From Gammaproteobacteria bacterium (GTDB lineage: Bacteria; Pseudomonadota; Gammaproteobacteria; JBIOEC01): a stretch of DNA of 32,000 nucleotides. The stretch lies in assembly GCA_965279305.1 (NCBI GenBank), contig OZ257143.1, positions 1,110,001 through 1,142,000 on the forward strand. Reading direction: 5' to 3'. The notes under the pieces are model-generated. The model was not told where the DNA came from, searched no databases, and saw nothing but the letters and a program-made list of their open reading frames with translations. A program made the translations under genes and the position numbers. Each line of letters begins with the position of its first letter. The first letter of the stretch is position 1. Below, in pieces: positions 19,541 to 27,219 of the stretch.

Positions 19541-20309
19541 CACATTGGAAGTTGAATTGACCCGCTCAGGAGTTGCTGAAATTACTTTGCAACGTCCCAA
19601 AGCGCGCAATGCCATGAATATAGAAATGATTGATGAGCTGACCAGCGTATTAGAAGCTTTACAAAATAATCCTCAAGTCCGCGTACTTTGCTTGCAAGGT
19701 TCTAATAGTAGCTTTTGCTCAGGTGCCGATTTAGCCTGGATGAAAAAAGCGATTGATTACGATAGCAAAGAAAACTATTTAGATGCCTCTAAATTATCTA
19801 CCTTATTAAATGCCTTAGATGAATTTCCTAAACCTACATTAGCCGTGGTGGAAGGCGCTGCGTATGCGGGTGGTATTGGTTTAGTGGCTTGTTGTGATAT
19901 GGCTATTGGAACTACCGATGCACAATTTTGTTTTTCTGAAGCGCGATTAGGTTTGGTGCCTGCGATTATTTCACCTTATGTGATTAACGCGATTGGTTTA
20001 CGTGCTTTTAGATATTGGGCTTTATTAGCCAGTCCTTTTTCTGCTACCCATGCTTTCAATATGGGTTTATTACAAGAAGTGGCAGGGAATGCCGTTCAGC
20101 TTGCCGTTATTAAAGAGCAAATTATTCAACATTTATTAAGTAATGGTCCTGAAGCCTTAGTCATTATTAAAAACTTAATCAGAAGTTTAAATGTATCTGG
20201 TGTTACCCCTCAATTGCGTCAAGAACTGGCCGAGTTAATTGCCGGCGTACGTGTTGGGGCAGAAGCGCAAGAGCGCATGAGCGAGTTTCTTGAAAAAATG
20301 AACGCTTAA
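19521..20309 (+). CDS. liuC: Methylglutaconyl-CoA hydratase (enoyl-CoA hydratase/crotonase family)
   Basis: 262 aa crotonase fold ([38 protein letters not shown]). Its position after liuA-liuB supports the call. Confidence 0.85.
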   Translation: MALFECNTLEVELTRSGVAEITLQRPKARNAMNIEMIDELTSVLEALQNNPQVRVLCLQGSNSSFCSGADLAWMKKAIDYDSKENYLDASKLSTLLNALDEFPKPTLAVVEGAAYAGGIGLVACCDMAIGTTDAQFCFSEARLGLVPAIISPYVINAIGLRAFRYWALLASPFSATHAFNMGLLQEVAGNAVQLAVIKEQIIQHLLSNGPEALVIIKNLIRSLNVSGVTPQLRQELAELIAGVRVGAEAQERMSEFLEKMNA

Positions 20310-20474
20310 ATTTATCTTCTTTTCTATGATCATTTTTTGCACAATCAAAAGGTGGTCGTAGGTCAAACCCTCGTAGTTAACCCGCTAAATACTGCCAAAA
20401 TGGCCAGCCTGCGCTATACTACCAAAGTTAGAGTTGTTAATAGGTATTTTAACTAATGATCGGAGCGCAATATC

Positions 20475-21620
20475 GTGGATGCTATGTCAACACCAATACA
20501 ACCCGTAGCGAATCTCGCCCAGAGTGCCGTTGCGTATTATTGGGAACAAGACGATTTACATTTTCTTCCTGAACAACGGAAGGCAGTGGAGAAGTATGCA
20601 CAAGATAAGAGTGTTCAAGTAGCCGCGGAATATACCGATAAGCTAGATAAAAAGCGTAAAGGGTTTCCTGAGCTAGAAGCGGCGATAAAGTATTGCCAAC
20701 AACATAATTTACGTTTGTTAATAGCGAGACTGCATAATTTAACAACGTCAGAAGATTTTACAGATTTATTGCTGAAAAATAAGGTTAATTTTCTTTGCTT
20801 AGATAGACCGACGATTAACCCTTATACATTACAAGCTGTAGTAGAAGACATTAATCAGCGTCGCAAAGAACATAGCGATCGCATTAAGCATGGGTTAGAG
20901 TCCAGCACGGCTCATTTAGGTAACCCAAATGCGTTAAAAGAAATTATTAGGGTTAATAAGCCCAAAACTGAAAACGCTGTGATGTTCGCGCTTTTATTAT
21001 TACCGATTATTGCCAACTATCGCAGACAAGGTTTCTCTCAGCGTAAGATGGTAGATACATTGAATGCAGAAGGCTTCCCAGCTCCCGAAGGCGGAAAATG
21101 GGTATTAAGCCAGCTGCAGAAGGTATTGGATAGAATAGACCTAAACGTGATTGCCTTGAATAGTATTAGTACTATCCAAGACTGTAAGGCTAAGGGGCTT
21201 GATGAGGAACATACTATCAAGACTTTGAATGCATTAAGCGTTAGAGCCCCTCAAAGAGGGGGTTGGACACGTGAAGGATTGGCAGACGTTCGTGAACGTT
21301 TGGAGCTAATCGAAGAAATTGGCGTATTTAACGATTTTGTGCTAAACATATATCCCCATATGGTAAATTGGGTGAAACAAGGGCTTACCGATGCTGATAT
21401 CGCTAAGTCATTGAATGAACAGAATATTTCGGTTCCTGAGCGTATTTTATGGGAAATTGCCCAAGAGAAGCCTGAAGGAGCAGAGTTAGAGTCGGCTGAC
21501 ACGGGTTGGCAGGCAGAGAGAGTAAAGGTGGCCCGCAGTTTATCTGCTCGCCGAGCACAAGATATTAGACACTTTGTGAATCCACACACATACGAAGTGG
21601 CGCAAGGTATGATAAAATAG
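20475..21620 (+). CDS. Serine-recombinase (resolvase)-like protein lacking the catalytic residues, with a triplicated C-terminal DNA-binding-type motif; function unknown
   Basis: 381 aa. Residues ~18-135 follow the resolvase catalytic-domain pattern, but the YxRxS site reads AYYWEQ and the DRLxR site reads HNLTT. Three ungapped 27-aa repeats occur at aa 183-209, 238-264 and 300-326 (G-x9-LN-x6-P-x4-W). The start is GTG 20475 or ATG 20484. It is the first gene of the co-directional icmW-dotA string. Confidence 0.6.
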   Translation: MDAMSTPIQPVANLAQSAVAYYWEQDDLHFLPEQRKAVEKYAQDKSVQVAAEYTDKLDKKRKGFPELEAAIKYCQQHNLRLLIARLHNLTTSEDFTDLLLKNKVNFLCLDRPTINPYTLQAVVEDINQRRKEHSDRIKHGLESSTAHLGNPNALKEIIRVNKPKTENAVMFALLLLPIIANYRRQGFSQRKMVDTLNAEGFPAPEGGKWVLSQLQKVLDRIDLNVIALNSISTIQDCKAKGLDEEHTIKTLNALSVRAPQRGGWTREGLADVRERLELIEEIGVFNDFVLNIYPHMVNWVKQGLTDADIAKSLNEQNISVPERILWEIAQEKPEGAELESADTGWQAERVKVARSLSARRAQDIRHFVNPHTYEVAQGMIK

Positions 21621-21638
21621 AGATAAGAGGATAGTGTT

Positions 21639-21935
21639 ATGGCAATGTTAGACGATAGAAATTTAGGCAATATGCTATATGCTGCTCAAACAGCAGTAAA
21701 GACAGCTGTTGCTCCAAGCAAATTAGGCTTGCAAGCTGATGGCCTAGAAGCATTAATGCTTAACGTTACCCAATTGGGTAAAATGTTAAGTGATACATTT
21801 GCCCAAAGTATAGGCTTGGTTCCCATTGCCAAGGCTACAGCCCCCGTTCCTGCAGTCGCTCCAGCTACCCCTGCTATGGCTAAACAGCCTTCGGCAGCTC
21901 CTGGCCCAGCGTCTGCGGCACCAAGCCCAGGTTAA
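21639..21935 (+). CDS. Small hypothetical protein with an Ala/Pro-rich C-terminal tail
   Basis: 98 aa. A good RBS (AAGAGGA) lies about 7 nt upstream of the ATG. The stop is 9 nt before the icmW start. The N-terminal ~60 aa look helical. The C-terminal ~35 aa are low complexity (ATAPVPAVAPATPAMAKQPSAAPGPASAAPSPG). I recall no homologue. Confidence 0.5.
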   Translation: MAMLDDRNLGNMLYAAQTAVKTAVAPSKLGLQADGLEALMLNVTQLGKMLSDTFAQSIGLVPIAKATAPVPAVAPATPAMAKQPSAAPGPASAAPSPG

Positions 21936-21944
21936 GGCTAGCTT

Positions 21945-22388
21945 ATGCTGGACCTTAACCCGGATGCAGTTCGAAGTTATTGGCAAGAAAAGCATGACTA
22001 CGCGCTGTACCGCATTATCGAAGCCATGGAAGGTGTAGAAGGGTGGGTTACCGATGGTAACCCTGAAGTTGAAGCCGCTCTTAGCCATCTTATTAAAGCG
22101 CTAGATAAAGTTCAAAATTACGAACTGCATAATGAAGAAGCCCTTATCCAAATATTAAACACTCTAAAGGCTGCTAGAGCTTTTCGTTTACTTCAATTTT
22201 TTGATTCTTTAAAACCAGGCTCTGCTTCTAAGCTGCTGATTTTTGCTGAAGTGGCGAGTAACGAACCTGATGATATGCCTGGATTTTTTCTTAAACGTAA
22301 TTTAGTGTTTGAACGTTTACAATTAATGGGGCGTATTTTTGCTCCTGATCGAGTTGAATTAGTTCTTAAGGCTATTGATCGCGAATAA
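21945..22388 (+). CDS. icmW: Dot/Icm type IVB secretion adaptor/chaperone IcmW
   Basis: 147 aa. The sequence PGSASKLLIFAEVASNEPDDMPGFFLKRNLVFERLQLMGRIF closely parallels L. pneumophila IcmW (~151 aa) as recalled (PGSAS...GFFLKRNIVFERL). It is in a Dot/Icm context. Confidence 0.88.
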   Translation: MLDLNPDAVRSYWQEKHDYALYRIIEAMEGVEGWVTDGNPEVEAALSHLIKALDKVQNYELHNEEALIQILNTLKAARAFRLLQFFDSLKPGSASKLLIFAEVASNEPDDMPGFFLKRNLVFERLQLMGRIFAPDRVELVLKAIDRE

Positions 22389-22456
22389 GGTCATAGGTCA
22401 TCCTCTCTACCATTCCGCTTTTTTTACACCAGTTGGTTTTAGGTCAACAAGCTATT

Positions 22457-22485
22457 TTGTTATAGTAGCACTATACTTATATAAG
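22457..22485 (+). promoter_or_regulatory. Candidate sigma70 promoter (TTGTTA-N17-TATAAG) ahead of the 263-aa ORF/icmX/icmV/dotA
   Basis: TTGTTA at 22457-22462 and TATAAG at 22480-22485 have 17-nt spacing, inside the only sizeable gap (136 bp) in the + strand Dot/Icm string. This is a sequence-only prediction in an AT-rich region. Confidence 0.25.
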
Positions 22486-22524
22486 TATTATTTATCATAT
22501 TATAGATAGAGGTAATGTAATTTT

Positions 22525-23316
22525 ATGAAAGCTAATCGAACCGCTATTTCAGCTGCACTTTTAACCTTAGGAATGATGAGTGCCGCTACCTCTGGAGTTG
22601 CCATAGCTGCTGCTCCTTCAGTTTCTGCTGATATTCCTCCTGCTAGCCAAGAACAACAAGCAGAAGGGTATGATGGCAAACGTGATAAGAATGTTTATTA
22701 CGGAACTCAATCTAATACTACCAATACGCATTCCGGTGGCGCTGATGCTACTGTGATGATGCAGCAAGATAATACTATTAATCCAAGCACCGGTAATGAA
22801 GTGGTTTCTTCTACCGATGTGATAGTGGAAGAAAAAGGCCCTATTCAAACCACTTATCCAAGCTTTAGTGATGAAGAAATAGATAAATTATTTAATGTTA
22901 TTCAACCTGTAGAAGAAGCACCTGGTGTGCCTCCTTCTGAAGAAACAGCGCCTGTTGATCCGACTTCAGATGTTTATCGTCATGTTCCTGTGAATCCCGT
23001 CTATACTTACGGGAAGGATGAAGAAGGACAGGGCGTATGTGCGGGTACAGAAGAATTCTGTGCTAAGTCAGAAGAATTATGGAAAAACTTTGAAGACAAA
23101 GTCGCTAACGATGAGCCTATTACTCATACTGAAGGCGAAAACAAAGGTCAATTAATTCTGCCCGAATCTTACAAAGAAAGCGTAACGAATATGCCTAATG
23201 TAAAAGAAGACTGTCCTCCTGGATACGAATCTTATCCTGCAGGTAATCCCGATGTTGGTGTATCAGACCCACATTGCGGTAAACTAGAAGGAAACGTTTA
23301 TACTGTTAAACGTTAA
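22525..23316 (+). CDS. Secreted acidic protein of unknown function, encoded between icmW and icmX
   Basis: 263 aa. It has a signal peptide (MKANRTAISAALLTLGMMSAATSGVAIAAAPSVSA), an acidic Pro/Glu/Thr-rich mature region and four Cys in the C-terminal third (GVCAGTEEFCAK ... EDCPPGY ... DPHCGK). An RBS-like AGAGGT lies 12 nt upstream. Confidence 0.6.
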   Translation: MKANRTAISAALLTLGMMSAATSGVAIAAAPSVSADIPPASQEQQAEGYDGKRDKNVYYGTQSNTTNTHSGGADATVMMQQDNTINPSTGNEVVSSTDVIVEEKGPIQTTYPSFSDEEIDKLFNVIQPVEEAPGVPPSEETAPVDPTSDVYRHVPVNPVYTYGKDEEGQGVCAGTEEFCAKSEELWKNFEDKVANDEPITHTEGENKGQLILPESYKESVTNMPNVKEDCPPGYESYPAGNPDVGVSDPHCGKLEGNVYTVKR

Positions 23317-23336
23317 CATCAAGGGAGTGAGTGTTT

Positions 23337-24380
23337 ATGAGAAAGCCATGGAAACAGACAGTACAGGCGATCCTTTTAGCAACTAGTTCTTTAGTCATGA
23401 GCCAAGCCTTTGCGGCTAGTGATGAGCTGGTGAGTAATCTTTTCCAAGATCTCAAAAACTACATGGGTTTAATGCAAGGCGACGAACGCGAATATCAAAA
23501 TCGTTTGCGCGCTGTGCCACCTCCTTATTATGCCGTGAGTGCTACTAGTGGTAACGCCATTGTGGCGGCTGAAAATACGCAAGGCATGACAGAATTACAA
23601 AACTTTTTAATGTCACGTTTGATTGATTGGAATATGTTGCAAACCAGTCAAGAAGTGTCTAACTCCCGTTTAGTAGAACAACATTTATTAGGTTTTTGCT
23701 CTCAAGAAGAATCTGCTGCCAATTTTTGCGATGTGGGATTAACCATATCGGAAGGTGGTGCGGCTGATTTATTAGTCGATACTTTATTAAATAATGAAAC
23801 GCTGAGTGAAAATCAACAATTGTCAGTATGGGCATTTATTGATAATTTAACCAATCCTAGTCCTATTCCATTACCCGATAATACATTTACCTCTGAAGGA
23901 TTTACTAATGCGGCTAAAGCAACATTAGATGGATCTCCTATGGCTGAGATCCATGATTCTGTCAAAATTCGTCCGTTATCCGCGGAAGGGGTTCGTACCT
24001 TAGCGGCTCGTTATAAGCAAATGGCTTTTCTTTCTACCGCACAAAATGCGTTAAATCAAATTGCGGCTGACAGACATGTAATAAAGGGATTAGGCCAAGA
24101 GATGGGTATGGATGCGCCCGATGCCAGTATTTTTGCTGCTATGAAATTTGAATCGAACCGTCGTTATGGCGATGAAAATTGGCATAACGAAATGTATCAA
24201 GCGCCTGAAGCGGCATTGTTACGTGAAATAGCGAATATGCAAGCATTTCAATTAGCGTTAGACTTTAAGCGTTATGAGCAAGATTTAGTATTAACCACAT
24301 TATTAGCGGCGCAAGTATCTAGTAATGCGCAAGGTTTAGCAGCTGGAGAAATGGCAGCAACGGTTAATGTTCCACAATAG
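23337..24380 (+). CDS. icmX: Probable IcmX (periplasmic Dot/Icm component)
   Basis: About 347 aa with a signal peptide (MRKPWKQTVQAILLATSSLVMSQAFA). It lies in the icmW/icmV/dotA group, where icmX is the only expected secreted component. ATG 23337 is preferred because GGGAG at 23323-23327 is 9 nt upstream; the track start is GTG 23331. The identity rests on context and size, since I cannot recall the IcmX sequence. Confidence 0.55.
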   Translation: MRKPWKQTVQAILLATSSLVMSQAFAASDELVSNLFQDLKNYMGLMQGDEREYQNRLRAVPPPYYAVSATSGNAIVAAENTQGMTELQNFLMSRLIDWNMLQTSQEVSNSRLVEQHLLGFCSQEESAANFCDVGLTISEGGAADLLVDTLLNNETLSENQQLSVWAFIDNLTNPSPIPLPDNTFTSEGFTNAAKATLDGSPMAEIHDSVKIRPLSAEGVRTLAARYKQMAFLSTAQNALNQIAADRHVIKGLGQEMGMDAPDASIFAAMKFESNRRYGDENWHNEMYQAPEAALLREIANMQAFQLALDFKRYEQDLVLTTLLAAQVSSNAQGLAAGEMAATVNVPQ

Positions 24381-24394
24381 TTAAGGAATAAAAT

Positions 24395-24862
24395 ATGTTT
24401 GATCGTACAAAACGGCTAAGTGGTCGAATAAAAAGTGGTGTGGCTCGTGGAATGGGCTTTTCTTTTTTATACGATACTGGCACCATGATGAAACGTGTGG
24501 TCATGGGTTTTTTAGATTTTCCAAAAGCTGAAAAATCAGAAAGCTTTGCGCAAGCGGTTAAACGAATGAAATTAACTGAACAAGAGGTTGAACATCGCCG
24601 TAAGAATTTTTTAACACAATTTTTTATGTTTCTAATAGCCGCTTTTCTTTTATTTTCATATGCCGCATATGTTCTATTTCAAGGAAACTGGGCTACCGGT
24701 ATTGTCGGTATTTTGATGTCAGCTTTATTAGGTGCTCATGCACTACGTGCGCATTTTTGGGCCTTTCAAATCAAGCATCGTAAATTAGGCTGCACGTTAG
24801 AAGAATGGTGGAACGATAAAACCGTGCAAGAAGAAAAAGGGAAAGCCCCAAAAAAATCATAA
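24395..24862 (+). CDS. icmV: Dot/Icm inner-membrane protein IcmV
   Basis: 155 aa with two TM helices. The sequence ...RAHFWAFQIKHRKLGCTLEEWW matches the recalled L. pneumophila IcmV C-terminal signature (HFWYFQIK.RKLGC..EW). It is adjacent to dotA. Confidence 0.85.
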   Translation: MFDRTKRLSGRIKSGVARGMGFSFLYDTGTMMKRVVMGFLDFPKAEKSESFAQAVKRMKLTEQEVEHRRKNFLTQFFMFLIAAFLLFSYAAYVLFQGNWATGIVGILMSALLGAHALRAHFWAFQIKHRKLGCTLEEWWNDKTVQEEKGKAPKKS

Positions 24863-24870
24863 AAGATATA

Positions 24871-27189
24871 ATGTTAAAAGGTAATCATATGTTTCGTAGC
24901 CTACTCCTTGTTTTTGCATTAATGTTTTCAACCACTTTCGCTATTACCTATAGTGCTCCTAGTGCTGCGGCTACAGATGTAGGTGATATTTTTACACCGA
25001 CTGAAGGTGATTATTCTATTTATATTCTTTCTAAAATTTTTGGTGATATTGAACAAAGCGTATTGCCCGGTGAAGCGGCTGCGAGTGGTCCTCAATTACT
25101 GGGTAATGTTTTTCGTGTATTTAACGTTGTTGCATTGTCTCTAGGTGTGTTGATGGTAATTTATACCATTGTACTTGCCGTATTAAACACCGCTCATGCC
25201 GGTAAAATGATGGGTGAAAAAATGTCATCCATGTGGGTGCCGGTACGAATTGCTTTTGCTATCGCTATGTTAATTCCTAAAGCGAATGGTTATTGTTTAG
25301 CGCAAGTCGCCGTGATGTGGTTAGTCGTACAAGGTATTGGTGCAGCCGATAGTTTATGGAATACCGCACTCGATTATTTTGAAGCGGGTGGTGGATTGGG
25401 CGGGCAACAAATTCCCGGTACAGGCGAAGAGAGCATACAAGCCAGTTTAGATGCGGTGTATTTAAGTCTTTTGGAAGATACTTTACGTGCGGCCACCTGT
25501 GTTGCTGCTCACAATGCGACTCAATCAACTATTCAAGAGCCTTACACCATATACACTCAAGTGAGTGCCGATCAGCATTATTTAAATTTTGGACGTCAAT
25601 CACCTGCAGGTACTGTCTCTAGTGGAGGCGCACAAGAAGGTTATGAATGTGGACGTATTACTTTTGATTATTTTACGTCTAGCTATTTTGGTGGAGATGG
25701 CCAAGAAGCTAAAGATATGGCTAATATTGCGAACGCTACGCAAATGAGCATTGTCTATCAATTTGCTGGAAAATTATCAGTGATTGGTGTTGGAATTGCT
25801 GACGAAAATGTTGATCTCGCTTATTTACAGAGCGAATTTAATATTATGAAAAATGCTTCTATGAGTTATGTCACCGATATGACGAGTAATCAACAAGCAT
25901 TTATGATGCCTGAAGGTCCAAATGATTTAATTAGTGTAATGCGTGGACAAGGCTGGATTACAGCAGGCAATTACTATCAATTATTAACTCAATTTCAAGG
26001 CAGTTATAACTTTACACCAGAAAATAGTGTACCAGAAGTATCACCTCGTGAAACTCAAGCTTCTTTTGCCGCTTATCAAAGCCAGATAGAAGATGCAGAA
26101 TATATTTATGGTAATGATCCTAATGGTTTTATGAAATGGGAAAGTCGAAATTATTCTACTGAAGTGTCGCCTTCTCAACAAGCGCGTGAGGATATTCAAA
26201 AAGCATTTGAATCTGAAGCAGAAATTTTTGAGGCCATTGGTTTTACCAACGCCGTTATTAAATATGCCGGTAATTTTATGGATATAGTGTCGGGAGAATC
26301 TCAATCGGCTGATCCTATTTTGAATATTGCGCATTACGGACAATATTTAATGAAGGTGAGTATTGGTGTGATGTTAGGAATGGCTTATCTTATTCCTGGT
26401 ATTGGTTTGATTTTAGGTGCTATACCTTTTGTGGCTTTAGGTGCTAGCTATATGTCTGCTTTGATATTTGCTGTGATGCCATTAGTGATGTCTATGATGG
26501 GCTTGATGTATCTTCAAGGGGCTATGTTAGGTGTGTACTTACCATTTGTGCCGTTTATTATTTTTGCGATCGGTGCATTGGGCTGGATTATGGCGGTGAT
26601 TGAATCGATGGTAGCAGCACCATTAGTGGCCTTGGGTATGACGTTACCCGAAGGTCATGAAATTTATGGGCGAGCAGAGCCTGCGTATATGATGTTAATT
26701 AATTTATTTTTACGACCCTCACTGATGATATTAGGATTTGTGTCGGCATTATTGGTGACATGGTTGGCGGTAGATTTAATTAATTTAAGTTTTTACACGG
26801 CACTTCGTTATGGTGGAATAGCGCCTGATCCTATTGCGGGTCCTTTTGTGATTATTCTTTTATATATGGGCGTATTAGTAGCGTTAGTTACTAAAGTATT
26901 TAATTTAATTAATGTGGTGCCAGACAAAGTATTACGCTGGATTGGTGATAACACTCAAGCCGTGGGTGGTGCAGAAGACGTGCTCAGCCCTGCAAAACAA
27001 GGTACACAAGAAGGCGCGCAAGCTACAGGTCAAATGGGCAAACAAGGTGGAACGATGGGTCAGAAATCCAGTGGACCTGTCTTGGAAGCTCAGCATAGAA
27101 ATAGCAGCACATCTTCAGAAGAACCCGAGAAAAAAGAAGAGCAAGCGCAAAGTATTCGTTCGAATACGCGTCCCAACGAACGCGAGTAA
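24871..27189 (+). CDS. dotA: Dot/Icm polytopic inner-membrane protein DotA
   Basis: 772 aa. The N-terminal region (LGNVFRVFNVVALSLGVLMVIYTIVLAVLNTAHAGKMMGEKMSSMWVPVRIAFAIAMLIPKANGYCLAQVAVMWLVVQGIGAADSLW) closely parallels L. pneumophila DotA as recalled. It has a large periplasmic domain and then multiple C-terminal TM helices. ATG 24889 (MFRSLLLVF..., AAAGG 7 nt upstream) is an alternative start. Confidence 0.92.
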   Translation: MLKGNHMFRSLLLVFALMFSTTFAITYSAPSAAATDVGDIFTPTEGDYSIYILSKIFGDIEQSVLPGEAAASGPQLLGNVFRVFNVVALSLGVLMVIYTIVLAVLNTAHAGKMMGEKMSSMWVPVRIAFAIAMLIPKANGYCLAQVAVMWLVVQGIGAADSLWNTALDYFEAGGGLGGQQIPGTGEESIQASLDAVYLSLLEDTLRAATCVAAHNATQSTIQEPYTIYTQVSADQHYLNFGRQSPAGTVSSGGAQEGYECGRITFDYFTSSYFGGDGQEAKDMANIANATQMSIVYQFAGKLSVIGVGIADENVDLAYLQSEFNIMKNASMSYVTDMTSNQQAFMMPEGPNDLISVMRGQGWITAGNYYQLLTQFQGSYNFTPENSVPEVSPRETQASFAAYQSQIEDAEYIYGNDPNGFMKWESRNYSTEVSPSQQAREDIQKAFESEAEIFEAIGFTNAVIKYAGNFMDIVSGESQSADPILNIAHYGQYLMKVSIGVMLGMAYLIPGIGLILGAIPFVALGASYMSALIFAVMPLVMSMMGLMYLQGAMLGVYLPFVPFIIFAIGALGWIMAVIESMVAAPLVALGMTLPEGHEIYGRAEPAYMMLINLFLRPSLMILGFVSALLVTWLAVDLINLSFYTALRYGGIAPDPIAGPFVIILLYMGVLVALVTKVFNLINVVPDKVLRWIGDNTQAVGGAEDVLSPAKQGTQEGAQATGQMGKQGGTMGQKSSGPVLEAQHRNSSTSSEEPEKKEEQAQSIRSNTRPNERE

Positions 27190-27219
27190 TATTAATATAG
27201 AATTTATTGTGGCATCTCT

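Noticed and set aside
20437-20452. Possible PmrA-type box (TTAA ... TTAA) just upstream of the recombinase-like gene, and a similar one at 31376-31395.
   Set aside because: The spacing does not fit the recalled TTAA-N7-TTAA pattern (11-bp period). It is TTAA-N8-TTAA (12-bp period) at 20437 and TTAG-N6-TTAA (10-bp period) at 31376. The first site lies between the candidate -10 and the start codon. In such AT-rich DNA these matches are expected by chance.
20475-21620. Reading the recombinase-like gene as an active integrase/resolvase that marks a mobile genomic island.
   Set aside because: The positions equivalent to the Ser nucleophile and the catalytic Arg/Asp residues are substituted (YYWEQ, HNLTT). 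I saw no att-like direct repeats, tRNA gene or transposase flanking the Dot/Icm block within the window.
21786-22088. ORFs 21786-22088 (-) and 21826-22038 (+) overlapping the 98-aa ORF tail and the icmW start.
   Set aside because: They arise from the locally GC-rich Ala/Pro-encoding stretch, which lacks stops in several frames. They conflict with the well-supported icmW frame.
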